The notes under the pieces: model-generated
Told to the model about the DNA's origin: nothing
What the model saw: the letters and a program-made list of their open reading frames with translations, nothing else
Databases searched by the model: none
Translations under genes and position numbers: made by a program
Shown: positions 1 through 9,484 of the stretch, in pieces
How positions within the stretch are numbered: the stretch's first letter is position 1
Layout: every line of letters begins with the position of its first letter
Assembly (NCBI GenBank): GCA_937897365.1
Contig: CALCOP010000094.1
Span: forward strand, 1 to 37,394
DNA length: 37,394 nucleotides
Source: an uncultured euryarchaeote
GTDB taxonomy: Archaea > Thermoplasmatota > Poseidoniia > Poseidoniales > Poseidoniaceae
Direction of reading: 5' to 3'

Positions 1-1
1 C

Positions 2-1135
2 CCTGCTCCTCTCAGCAATTTAAATCTCTATGACCGTCCAAATGATGATGGGAGCGCTCTGCTTCTTGACTTTGAATTAAGCAATGAAAGTGACGTTGCT
101 ACATACGAAGTCTATGCTGCAACTTGGTCATTTGACGCCATTGGTATGGGAAGTACCGGTCCTGCCACTCCGATTGCGACTCTTTCCCGCTTACCTGACC
201 TTCCACTTACTATCGAAGTCGTTGCGGGTGACACTCCGGTCATCGAGGGACTCGAAATCTGGGTAGCTGTCGTCGTTCGAGATACTGCTGGAAATGCTCA
301 AGAAATCAACCTCGCTACTGTTTCAGCGCAGTCTGTAGATGACGATGTCGATGATTTAGGCGGATATCTTGATGAAATCGAAAACATCGTGCTTTCTTGG
401 AACTCTGAAGAAAATATTCTGGTGGAATGGAGCCACTCCGATGATTCGAGTGTCCGTGGATATCGTGTATACATTTCATCGAACGATTTCACATCAAATT
501 CAGATGCTGATTTCGTAGCCGAGGTGAAAGCATCAAATTCATTCCTTATTACGCCAAATAATTACAATCCATTGGTAAACACATCTGCGTGGTATGTAGC
601 CGTTACACCGTTTGACGACCTCTTTGAACGGGAAGAAGTTGAAGCGATAATGCTTGATGTATATGGAAAAGAAAATACGAACGGAGATGGTAATCAAGAT
701 GCTACAAATGAAAATGATTTCTCGTCACTCCTTACCACACCAAACCTTCTGGCTGCAGGACTCTTGTTCATTGCAGTACTGTTACTTGTTGCCATTGTTC
801 GTTCTCGTGGAGGACAGCGACGACGCGATCAAACACTCGAATTACAGGAAGCAACTTGGGGGATACAAGATGACGGCTGGGGATCTGATATCCCACCAGC
901 AATGCCTCAGGTTGCGAGTAAAACTGTGCCAAATATCGAACAAGAAAATGACATCTATGCAGCAGCACAACGTATCGAGAATCAAGACATCTACGGACGT
1001 CCTGCATACCAACCAGCACAACCTGTTATGCAACCTGCACAGAACAATGCATTGATGAACGACCTTTCGGGACAAAACTCACCACAGCTACCTGAGGCGA
1101 GCATTGATACATCATTCTTGGATGACTTGCTTTGA
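2..1135 (+). CDS. C-terminal part of a large acidic surface protein (fibronectin-III-like beta modules, one C-terminal TM helix, low-complexity tail); 5' truncated by window
   Basis: Frame +2 is open from base 2 (PAPLSNLNLYDRPNDDGSALLL...) into ORF 146..1135. FN3-like patterns (VEWSHSDDSSVRGYRVY...WYVAVTPFD); TM LLAAGLLFIAVLLLVAIV followed by RSRGGQRRR. Confidence 0.7.
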   Translation, partial: PAPLSNLNLYDRPNDDGSALLLDFELSNESDVATYEVYAATWSFDAIGMGSTGPATPIATLSRLPDLPLTIEVVAGDTPVIEGLEIWVAVVVRDTAGNAQEINLATVSAQSVDDDVDDLGGYLDEIENIVLSWNSEENILVEWSHSDDSSVRGYRVYISSNDFTSNSDADFVAEVKASNSFLITPNNYNPLVNTSAWYVAVTPFDDLFEREEVEAIMLDVYGKENTNGDGNQDATNENDFSSLLTTPNLLAAGLLFIAVLLLVAIVRSRGGQRRRDQTLELQEATWGIQDDGWGSDIPPAMPQVASKTVPNIEQENDIYAAAQRIENQDIYGRPAYQPAQPVMQPAQNNALMNDLSGQNSPQLPEASIDTSFLDDLL

Positions 1136-1138
1136 GGC

Positions 1139-1933
1139 GTGCCAATGGGTGATGAACAAACCAGTAGCCCCCGTAATGCGGTCTTTACAACCGCCCTGTG
1201 GGATGGAGGTTTCTGTTTAGCAGATTGGAATCTGCATCTTGAAAGATTGAGAGCTCATGCTAAACTCTTGCGTATTGAATTACCAGATGATTTTTCACTG
1301 CGTATCGCTACTTTTTTCCAAAAGGTGGCTCAAGAAGGTCTCTATCAGCATTCTCGAAAACCAACTTTCTTGCTCCGTGTTGAATGTTCCAATCTTGGAG
1401 AACTTTCTTTTGACATCCGTAAACTTGAGTTGAGAAATGAAGAAATCGACGCAATTACACGACCAGCACCACGATGGTCGATGAAAATTAATGGAACAAA
1501 ACACGGTGATTGGCAACCATACCTCGATGCACATGCAGTTGCTAAAAAACAAGGTGCAGATTTGGCCTTTCACGTTCATGATTTTGCAATTGTTGATGCG
1601 GATCGGGCTGCACCAATTGTGCTGGATGAAGACGGTGTTGCATGGGTCGCAGCCCCGAGCGAAGGTGGCGTTACAAGTATTACATTGCAAACGCTTCTCA
1701 GCGGTATCGAATCCGCAGGCATACCAGTTCAGTTTGGCCGATTGAATGAGCGTTTGGTCGCTCGGGCAGCAGAAGTTGTTGCCATTGGAAGTGGAATTGG
1801 AGCATGCCGTATACTCTCACTTGATGGAGAGGCACTTGGAGAAGGCGAAGCACTTACCATGCTTTGTCAGTCACTTTTAGAATTACATTACCGAGACCAA
1901 ACAACCTGGATTGATGTGAGGATGATCCAATGA
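1139..1933 (+). CDS. pabC: Class IV PLP-dependent aminotransferase-like protein, probable 4-amino-4-deoxychorismate lyase
   Basis: VFTTA...HLERL motif, putative PLP Lys in GTKHGD, GGVTSIT segment; ATGA overlap with the ADC synthase gene. Start could be ATG 1145. Confidence 0.7.
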   Translation: MPMGDEQTSSPRNAVFTTALWDGGFCLADWNLHLERLRAHAKLLRIELPDDFSLRIATFFQKVAQEGLYQHSRKPTFLLRVECSNLGELSFDIRKLELRNEEIDAITRPAPRWSMKINGTKHGDWQPYLDAHAVAKKQGADLAFHVHDFAIVDADRAAPIVLDEDGVAWVAAPSEGGVTSITLQTLLSGIESAGIPVQFGRLNERLVARAAEVVAIGSGIGACRILSLDGEALGEGEALTMLCQSLLELHYRDQTTWIDVRMIQ

Positions 1934-4164
1934 GCCGAGATTTTCTTTCGTTAAACGCCCATTGGAAAAAAATGGGTCTGCTTGGCGAGAAGGCTGTCCA
2001 TTTTGGTGGACCTGATGAATTACTCCTTTATTCCGGCGGACCACACACGCACCTCGCTCAATTTTCAATAATATGCGGACCTTCACGCAAAAGAGTGCTT
2101 GTTCGGCAACCGAACAGAAACAAGATCCCAGCCGGTAAAAAACACAGCCCTCTCAGCGGAGAAGTCGTCTTGGTGAAAGAAAAATCTCCTTTTGTTGCTG
2201 AACTTGAAGAGTGGAAGCACGGGTGTTGGTATCACTCGACTTCGATATTTGCAAGCTCTCTTTCCGAACTTCTCACAAAACTCAAAACCCATACGCCGTA
2301 CGAAAACTTCGAAACATCACCAAATCCTGCATTACCCCAACGTCCATTTTGGGCGGGTGCATTCGCATATGACATGGTTCAATGGACACAACCCGTTCAG
2401 CTTCAACACCTTCCAGATGAAAAAGAATTACTCACCATTTTGTGGCTTGTGGAAAGGATCGTAATTCATGATAAGGAACACGATCGTATCGAAAATTATG
2501 CTCTTCCAGGCGATACATGGGGTGTCAAAATTTCTGAAAATATGGAAACGTATGAGCCGCTAAAAGAATTGCAGAAACCGTCACCGTCGGCCGAAACAAG
2601 TTCAATGAGTGACGAAGAACATGAGAATACGATTGAAGCAATATGTGAAAGTATTCGCGCAGGACAAATGTATCAAGTCAATGTAGGACGATGGTGGAGT
2701 GGAGAAATTAAAGAACACCCTCGAAATGTTTTCCAACGACTCAATGAAAAAAATCCTGCACCGTTTTCAGCCTATCTTGAGGTACCGGACCTTGGTTTTT
2801 CATTAGTCTGCTCTTCACCAGAATCCTTACTCAAGAGTGACGGAGTCTCCGTTTTCACTTCACCTATCAAGGGTACTCGGCCACGAGGTGCAAACGTTGA
2901 GCAAGAAAAGGAATTGCGTTTAGAAATGGTGAACGATGAGAAAGAACGTGCTGAGCACCGAATGCTGGTCGATTTGATGCGAAATGATATCTCCGCCGTT
3001 GCTGAAGTGGGGAGTGTCAAAGTTGAACGATTTGATGTTGAAGCCTATTCGCAAGTCCAACACCTTGTTTCGCATCTTTCCGCTGTACTAAAAGAAGGCT
3101 CAAACGGATTAACCGCACTTCAAGCAGTCTTCCCTGGAGGGAGTATCACGGGTTGCCCACGGACAGTTGTTTGCGCTGCAATTGATGAGTTAGAAAAACG
3201 TCCTCGCTCTTTCTGGACCGGTTCAATCGGTTGGATTGACGTCTTTTCTGGAGCGAGTTCATGGAACATCCTCATTCGAACTTTAATCGCACAAAAGCGA
3301 AAGGAAAAATGGTTCGCTGATGTTGCAGCAGGAGGAGGGATTACCATTGGTTCGCATCCTAAAACAGAGGTGCAGGAAGCCAAATGGAAGGCTGCTGCAC
3401 TTCGTAAAGCATGCGGATGGATTGAAGGAGATGATAAGAAATTACCAACAGGTGAACTCAAAAGCTATCGCTTAGATATCGAAGGAGTACCACCTGCAAC
3501 ACTGAAAGCAGAGGTACGATTTGTAGATGGAGATACGGATGCGAAAGGCTGCGTCTTACTTATCGATAATCTCGATTCCTTTACACTAAACATTGCACAT
3601 GCAATTGCCGGTTTAGGGCATGAAGTACTCATTTACAGGGCTCGCGAGGGGGAGACTGATATTTGGGATTCTGGCTCATGTTGTGCGTTCATTGATCGAT
3701 TACAGCCCAGTCATATTGTCTTGGGACCTGGACCAGGTGTTCCGACTGATTCACCTCTGACAATGGAATTAGCACACGCTGTTTTGAAACAACAGATCAA
3801 AGTACCTCTTTTGGGTATTTGTCTCGGCCATCAAGCTCTTGGTGTCGCTGCGGGAATGGAACTCATACGGGCTCCGAATGGTCCAGTTCACGGCGCTCCA
3901 CGTTCATGCGAACATACCAGGGATGGCGTTTTCTCAACATTACAATCACCTACCTCATTCACCCGTTACAATTCATTAGCGGTATCTACTACAGGTGCAT
4001 CACCCTTCATCGAAACCGCACATGAAGCGGTTACCGGAGCAATCATGGCCATCCAACACCCCGTTCTGCAAATTCATGGAGTACAATTCCATCCTGAATC
4101 CGTTGGTTCAAGAGAAGGCCTTGAATTACTCAAGAGTTTTCTCGCCTGTAAAGCGGATGCTTGA
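1930..4164 (+). CDS. pabB: Fused aminodeoxychorismate synthase: chorismate-binding component I plus C-terminal class I glutamine amidotransferase
   Basis: NPAPFSAY, SSPE, PIKGTRPRG (Lys typical of PabB rather than TrpE PIAGT), KERAEHRMLVDLMRND, FPGGSITGCP. GATase part: IDNLDSFT, GPGPG, GICLGHQ, QFHPES. Confidence 0.85.
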   Translation: MSRDFLSLNAHWKKMGLLGEKAVHFGGPDELLLYSGGPHTHLAQFSIICGPSRKRVLVRQPNRNKIPAGKKHSPLSGEVVLVKEKSPFVAELEEWKHGCWYHSTSIFASSLSELLTKLKTHTPYENFETSPNPALPQRPFWAGAFAYDMVQWTQPVQLQHLPDEKELLTILWLVERIVIHDKEHDRIENYALPGDTWGVKISENMETYEPLKELQKPSPSAETSSMSDEEHENTIEAICESIRAGQMYQVNVGRWWSGEIKEHPRNVFQRLNEKNPAPFSAYLEVPDLGFSLVCSSPESLLKSDGVSVFTSPIKGTRPRGANVEQEKELRLEMVNDEKERAEHRMLVDLMRNDISAVAEVGSVKVERFDVEAYSQVQHLVSHLSAVLKEGSNGLTALQAVFPGGSITGCPRTVVCAAIDELEKRPRSFWTGSIGWIDVFSGASSWNILIRTLIAQKRKEKWFADVAAGGGITIGSHPKTEVQEAKWKAAALRKACGWIEGDDKKLPTGELKSYRLDIEGVPPATLKAEVRFVDGDTDAKGCVLLIDNLDSFTLNIAHAIAGLGHEVLIYRAREGETDIWDSGSCCAFIDRLQPSHIVLGPGPGVPTDSPLTMELAHAVLKQQIKVPLLGICLGHQALGVAAGMELIRAPNGPVHGAPRSCEHTRDGVFSTLQSPTSFTRYNSLAVSTTGASPFIETAHEAVTGAIMAIQHPVLQIHGVQFHPESVGSREGLELLKSFLACKADA

Positions 4165-4200
4165 AGAATCGGGAGCGTATGGGTTGACTGAGGGAGTGCC

Positions 4201-4587
4201 ATGCCGATATGCAGACATTGTTCAAGCACCTATTCTCGGGAGCAGTTTATCCATGGAAATGGACCTCGAACTCAAGTTTGTGTCCGGTGTGGATTGGAAC
4301 TGGGACTCGTGACGAAAGAGGAGGCTGCAAACATGTTTGACGACCCACTTCGAAGTGCACGGTTGCAAATAATGGCCCGCCGATACAGCATTTTCATGTA
4401 TATCCCCCTGCTTTGGACACTTTGGATTATGGTACTTAGCGATGTGAATCCGTGGGGTTGGTATTTCCTCGGACTCCTCATTATATTGACATTGATTGCT
4501 CCTGTTTGGTTCATTTATCGCGGTGGACAATACTCAGGCGACATGGCTCGTCTTACCCCCTCATATGACCGTCCAGAAGGACACTGA
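4201..4587 (+). CDS. Small zinc-ribbon protein with two C-terminal TM helices, function unknown
   Basis: CRHC...CVRC pair, two hydrophobic segments, GAGGGAG RBS before ATG. Confidence 0.7.
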   Translation: MPICRHCSSTYSREQFIHGNGPRTQVCVRCGLELGLVTKEEAANMFDDPLRSARLQIMARRYSIFMYIPLLWTLWIMVLSDVNPWGWYFLGLLIILTLIAPVWFIYRGGQYSGDMARLTPSYDRPEGH

Positions 4588-5871
4588 TCACGTTTTAGCG
4601 TGGATTTTGAGGACGTCTCCGTCGCTCATCTCATGTTCAGCACCAACGACCCGGCGGCTACGTCCGTCGACACCTCGAATAAAACCGTCACCAAGATCAC
4701 TGTGGACTTTGTAAGCAAGATTTTTTGCTTGTATTCCGGAAGGCACGACAAATGCATCTGGAAGTACTTTACCATCCCCATCTGTCCAGTGCGTTTCATC
4801 TTGAACAGGATAAACGACAATATGGTTCAATTCGTCAAATAGAACGGTATCAATAAGTGTTGAAACCCCCGTACCACCGTGGGTGGAAAGTCGTTCCAGC
4901 ATGTGATTCAAGGCTATCATCTGTGGTTCAGAAAGGGCATCTTTGTTGACAAAATCAAATGATTTTTGCCCCGGAATATACGCAATCAATTCAGCGGAGG
5001 AAGCCCGACGGAGTGCCAATTCGACATCAGCCATACATGGCATGAGCGTGCCATTTGCAGAAATACCGTCGAGAACGCCTTCAGGTGCGATGTCATACTT
5101 ATTAGCGGCGATGTGGATGGGGAAAAGCAATGTTCGAACATGGAAAGCGAGCGATGCAATAACCTCGGAGTTCCAATCCCATGGACTACCTATGTCTCCA
5201 TTTTTTTCTTTGAATGCCTCAAAAGAAGTTGCAATGGATTGTGGTGTGGATCCAAGACCGGTTAGCCGTTCATGGATGTACGTTACCAGACCTTTCTCCC
5301 CTTCTGCTTGTACGCGGCGAACGCCTCGTGTCCAGCCATCGTTGAGTAATCCTGCAATCCATGCATCTAATTCTCCACCAAGAAATTCAATCTCCTCACG
5401 AATACGTTGCTGTGCTACTTCTTTAGGTTGATTTGCACCTTGAGGATTTCCTTCAATATCGGTCGTACCTGCAGCATCAATTACCTGAACCAATGCATCA
5501 CAATTCGCCAAATCGGCAAGGAATGCATTGCCTCTACCTCGTCCTTCGCTGGCGCCTGGAACTAATCCTGCGATGTCGACCAAAAAACAGGGTACAAGAC
5601 GTCGATGGGCAATACATGAGCCCGTCCGTGGTTCACATAAACTCCCTTGACGCGGGTCATCTGGTGATGCAGCGTCAAGTCGTCCTTCAGCCTCGAGACG
5701 TTGTCGTATATCTTTGCAAGGACATTGGATTCTTGCGGCTACAAAAGCGACACCAACATTGGGTTCAATGGTACAAAAGGGATAGTTTGCGATGTCCACT
5801 TTCGCTAAGGTTGCTGCGCTGAAAAAGGTAGACTTACCTACATTCGGTTTACCAACAAGTCCGATTTTCAC
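4588..5871 (-). CDS. ychF: Obg-family YchF/Ygr210-type NTPase with C-terminal TGS domain
   Basis: GKPNVGKST, YPFCTIEPN, DIAGLVPGASEGRGRGNAFL, ANKYD, AYKVHSDLG; CPC...C...C insert typical of the archaeal subfamily. Confidence 0.9.
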   Translation of the reverse strand: MKIGLVGKPNVGKSTFFSAATLAKVDIANYPFCTIEPNVGVAFVAARIQCPCKDIRQRLEAEGRLDAASPDDPRQGSLCEPRTGSCIAHRRLVPCFLVDIAGLVPGASEGRGRGNAFLADLANCDALVQVIDAAGTTDIEGNPQGANQPKEVAQQRIREEIEFLGGELDAWIAGLLNDGWTRGVRRVQAEGEKGLVTYIHERLTGLGSTPQSIATSFEAFKEKNGDIGSPWDWNSEVIASLAFHVRTLLFPIHIAANKYDIAPEGVLDGISANGTLMPCMADVELALRRASSAELIAYIPGQKSFDFVNKDALSEPQMIALNHMLERLSTHGGTGVSTLIDTVLFDELNHIVVYPVQDETHWTDGDGKVLPDAFVVPSGIQAKNLAYKVHSDLGDGFIRGVDGRSRRVVGAEHEMSDGDVLKIHAKT

Positions 5872-5895
5872 AGTGATTCCACCATGTGAGCGTGG

Positions 5896-7863
5896 TCATT
5901 CTTCCTCGGAGTCGAGAATATCGTTTCGAATCTTTGCAAGCATAATATCCAATTCAGGAAGATTAAGACGCCCATCTCCGTCAAGGTCGACAGCAGAAAC
6001 CAATCGTTCCATTTCCCAAGGAGGGAGGTTTGCGATTTTCGACTTTGCTAACGCTTGTTGAAATTCATATCCGTCTATTTCCCCAGATTCATCTAAATCA
6101 ATGGAACTGAAAAATTCAAAGATGGATTGCTTTGTCTGCTTGAGGAATTGGGCGAGCATTACCAGTTCTTCTGGAACTGGGAATTCCGTCACTTCATCAT
6201 TATGGAGTTGAGCAGATACTTGAATGATTGAAGAGCCGCCTTCGTCTTCTTCAACCTCGCCAATGTGAAGTGCTGTGTCAACACCGACTCCACGACCAAG
6301 GAGCACTCGAATAGAGGTTGTTCCTTCGACAAGCGTGTAGGAATCAATATCGCTCTTTGAAGACAAATCAGAATATGCTGCATTGTTTGGACGTCCGGTA
6401 TGAATCATTGAGAGAGCCGCAAGCATACTCGCAATGGTAACCAAGTAGAATGTTGCAGCTGAGGTCAAAAAGAAGCCCTCGGTAGATGCGATTGCATCTT
6501 CTATTCCAGATTCAGATACAGCATATGTGGTAAAGTCACCTATGAGTGCAGAAATGGTTGAAGCAACTCCACCTATGATGGTGAGCCAAACTGCGAGTTG
6601 AGCATTCGAGGCTTTTGCTAACTTCTTGCGTGCGGCAAGAGGATAAGATGTGAAGAGGACTGCGAGCATCATCAAACTTCCAATCGTAGAGACAAACCCG
6701 GTATCAATGGTGTGTGCCATAGACCCGAGTTTATCCATTCCAACGAATGTGTCCATTCCGGTAAAGAAACCACCAATGGCATAAATTGGCAAGAGCATCA
6801 TAGCTGCCGTTGCTGCAAAAGCACCGGGGCTTTTGACAATTCGCTCTGGATTTGTGGCTGCAGTAGCAACCATGTTGAAAGAACCTGCAAGAATTGGCAG
6901 AAGGCCGAGCGTCATGAGAAGAGCACCAACGTTCTGCAAGAGTTCTCCACTGTTTGCCGAAGAGAGGAAAAACGGCGGTACGGTGATAAAGAGGAACAGC
7001 AAGTTGGTTTTCTGCATCGATTCAGACCAAACGGGCTTACCTGCCGTATACGGGATGATGTGGTAGGCAGCAGCGAAAATCAACGCAAGTGGAACCCACC
7101 CAGTAACGACGCGCTCGGCCATCCAAACCGTTTGTGTGGAACCCAAAAGTTCTCCAAAGAAGATAAACAGCATACCCAGAATCTTAGCAACCAATGCCAG
7201 AACAAGGAACCATGTTGTCGGGGAGAGGTCATCGTGCTCTCGGTCTCCAATCGTGATGAGCACGTTGATGAATAAGGCAATATGGAGCATCGAGGAGACG
7301 AGAAGCAGTGAGACATTCTGTAGAGTCTCCAAAATGACCGCTTCGTTTTCAAGAGTAACAAACGAGAATATTGCAGGAAGCAGAAGGACACCAATTGTCG
7401 ATGCAGTGAGAAGAACGGCGACCATTGAAGCGCTGGCCTCACTTGCAAGTCGGCCTTGAGAGGAGCGCGAAATTGCAATCAAAGCAGCTCCAATCAACAA
7501 ATAATTCATTGCTGTTGAAAAGAAAATTTCTGTATAATCGGTGAGCATTGAGCCGTCATCATAACTCCACCCGACGCTGGAAAGAGAATTGAGCGCAGTT
7601 GGATCATAACGATGCCATATGCCAAGGAACATACCGAGACAAGCCATGAAGAACCAGCCCATTCCAAAGCGCATCCATGTTTTGGTACCGCTACCTGGTT
7701 TATCGTTGAACAAATCGATTAAACCTGCAGGCGCCTTGTTCAACAAGAACATACCAATTTGACGAAGGGAACTGGCCATTCCTCCAATGCCTCGAACCAG
7801 ATAGTTCGAAACGAGACCGAGGACACCGACCATGAGAGCAGCTGAAATGAATACGGTTTCCAT
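5896..7863 (-). CDS. Polytopic membrane protein resembling cbb3-type heme-copper oxidase subunit I without His ligands, fused to a C-terminal EF-hand pair
   Basis: About 12-13 hydrophobic helices; CcoN-like loops (SRSSQGRLASE, TIGDREHDDLSPTTWF, YHIIPYTAGKPVWS); EF loops DLDESGEIDGYE and DLDGDGRLNLPE; GAGGTG RBS. Confidence 0.65.
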   Translation of the reverse strand: METVFISAALMVGVLGLVSNYLVRGIGGMASSLRQIGMFLLNKAPAGLIDLFNDKPGSGTKTWMRFGMGWFFMACLGMFLGIWHRYDPTALNSLSSVGWSYDDGSMLTDYTEIFFSTAMNYLLIGAALIAISRSSQGRLASEASASMVAVLLTASTIGVLLLPAIFSFVTLENEAVILETLQNVSLLLVSSMLHIALFINVLITIGDREHDDLSPTTWFLVLALVAKILGMLFIFFGELLGSTQTVWMAERVVTGWVPLALIFAAAYHIIPYTAGKPVWSESMQKTNLLFLFITVPPFFLSSANSGELLQNVGALLMTLGLLPILAGSFNMVATAATNPERIVKSPGAFAATAAMMLLPIYAIGGFFTGMDTFVGMDKLGSMAHTIDTGFVSTIGSLMMLAVLFTSYPLAARKKLAKASNAQLAVWLTIIGGVASTISALIGDFTTYAVSESGIEDAIASTEGFFLTSAATFYLVTIASMLAALSMIHTGRPNNAAYSDLSSKSDIDSYTLVEGTTSIRVLLGRGVGVDTALHIGEVEEDEGGSSIIQVSAQLHNDEVTEFPVPEELVMLAQFLKQTKQSIFEFFSSIDLDESGEIDGYEFQQALAKSKIANLPPWEMERLVSAVDLDGDGRLNLPELDIMLAKIRNDILDSEEE

Positions 7864-7875
7864 ACATCACACCTC

Positions 7876-8148
7876 CTAATCGACAACGACCTCGCTAAGA
7901 ATTGAGGCAACAATAGCACCAAGGCCAACCAAAATCCCGATCAAATAATACCAAATTCCGCTACCACCAAGGTTTCCAATCAATGGAACGAGTTCTCCGA
8001 GCAGAGGGAGGTTATCCCAGCCAAAGACATTTGAGAAGAGTGCGAGGATGCCAAGTATGCCAACAGCAAACAACGTCAAGAAAACCCTACTGCTCGACGG
8101 TTCCCCGGTTCCAACAGTCACATCTGGTAAAGTTGCTTCATTCGTCAT
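7876..8148 (-). CDS. Small two-TM membrane protein, probably co-transcribed with the CcoN-like/EF-hand gene
   Basis: Two hydrophobic helices, GGTGA RBS, 12-bp gap to the next gene. Confidence 0.75.
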   Translation of the reverse strand: MTNEATLPDVTVGTGEPSSSRVFLTLFAVGILGILALFSNVFGWDNLPLLGELVPLIGNLGGSGIWYYLIGILVGLGAIVASILSEVVVD

Positions 8149-8165
8149 CTCGGTTCACCCATAGT

Positions 8166-8182
8166 TGACCCCGTAGGGGTCA
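8166..8182. promoter_or_regulatory. Perfect 7-bp inverted repeat TGACCCC-gta-GGGGTCA (operator or 5' hairpin)
   Basis: Read directly. Lies between a TATA-like TTTATCA (minus strand, 8204-8210) and the RBS of 7876..8148. Confidence 0.45.
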
Positions 8183-8254
8183 TTCCTGCGAACAGTGGAG
8201 CGGTGATAAAGATTCACTCCTCGCTGCGAGCGTTTTAATCATTAAAAACGGCAG

Positions 8255-9424
8255 TTATGGCGAACGAAGGCGTTCAAGAAGATTACCTCGACGATGTTTT
8301 GAGATACCCAAAGGAACTGGTAGGGTTTGCTCCAACTGAATTTCTTCCCACCATGCCGCTTCGCAAGAACAAGAAAGACCTTCAAATTCATCAAGTTCTC
8401 CTGATACTGCATACCTTTCGATGGCAGCAACCACCGCTGAATCACATGAGCCGCAATTGTGAGCACCTCGAACACGCCCACCAGCAGTCGGATGAATGAT
8501 AAGACGACAAACTTGGTCGGCATCTCCGTTCTTACCGCCGTTTGGATGAATTGTTGGATGAACTCTGCGGATCATCTCGACCAAAGACCAAAGCCAGGGT
8601 GGGCGGTATTCGTTATTTCGATGAAGTCTGTCGATAATTGTCCCACGTTGGATATTCATCGGGTTAACCGAGACTTCATCACTCCTCTGTGCGACATCCT
8701 CAATCCATTTTACGCCGTGAATTAAAGCGTCTGCCTCGCTCATAAAAGGCGGCTTAAACATCAGATAAGTCTTAATCCGAATATTGAACTTTTTCAAGTT
8801 CGCCACCGCTCTATCCCATGATTTGGTTGTGAATCCCTTGTTAATATGGAAACGAAGAACTTCGTCATCGTAAGCCTCAAGCCCGACAGCAACAGCGAAG
8901 CTTTGGTTGATTTTCGTAGCCCAAGCGAGTTTCTTTTCGGTCAATTGTTCACAACGACTTTCGACAATCAATTCCTTCCCGAGTTCTTGACAATCACGTA
9001 ATACTGTTTCTTGGAACTCTATTGGGATTTCTCGGTCTTCCAAGAGTGACCCGCTGGTATAGACCTTTACCATCGCATGGTCTTTGAAATCGTCGTACTT
9101 TTCCTTCGCGTATGCCCACTGCGCATGTAAATCATCATTGGTAACATCGTCTCTCGTGTCGTTGAAATATCCACAAAATGTACAGCCACTCGACCACCAC
9201 CAATGACAACCCTTGGTGCGCAAAATAACCGTTACAGCACTGCATGGAGTCCCATTGGCAAGGGTTTCAGGAGTGTAATAAACAGTTGCAGGCTCATTTG
9301 CGTCCCATGATTGCTGTCGTGCTCGGGCCCATGGAGTATTTGCGGGTGCCTTGACCAAGTCATGGATACGGGCACCTTTGTTGCCCTCTCCAACTAAAGT
9401 CAATGGTTTTGGCCCCGACATCAA
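8255..9424 (-). CDS. raSEA: Archaeosine biosynthesis radical SAM protein RaSEA (TIGR01210-like)
   Basis: LRTKGCHWWWSSGCTFCGY (CX6CX2C), KVYTSGS, IVESR, VGLE, INKG, YRPPWLWS, GAHNCGSCD. Start may be ATG 9421. Confidence 0.85.
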   Translation of the reverse strand: MMSGPKPLTLVGEGNKGARIHDLVKAPANTPWARARQQSWDANEPATVYYTPETLANGTPCSAVTVILRTKGCHWWWSSGCTFCGYFNDTRDDVTNDDLHAQWAYAKEKYDDFKDHAMVKVYTSGSLLEDREIPIEFQETVLRDCQELGKELIVESRCEQLTEKKLAWATKINQSFAVAVGLEAYDDEVLRFHINKGFTTKSWDRAVANLKKFNIRIKTYLMFKPPFMSEADALIHGVKWIEDVAQRSDEVSVNPMNIQRGTIIDRLHRNNEYRPPWLWSLVEMIRRVHPTIHPNGGKNGDADQVCRLIIHPTAGGRVRGAHNCGSCDSAVVAAIERYAVSGELDEFEGLSCSCEAAWWEEIQLEQTLPVPLGISKHRRGNLLERLRSP

Positions 9425-9484
9425 GTTCCCCTATGTGAAGTGGCTCGGCTTTGAGGTTTCAAACCACCGCACAGAAAAATCAAA

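Noticed and set aside
1930..4164. Anthranilate synthase trpE(G) call
   Set aside because: The PIKGT lysine and the adjacent pabC-like gene favour ADC synthase; no other trp genes nearby.
5896..7863. Functional cbb3 oxidase (ccoN) call
   Set aside because: Invariant His ligands are not found and there are no cytochrome c subunits adjacent.
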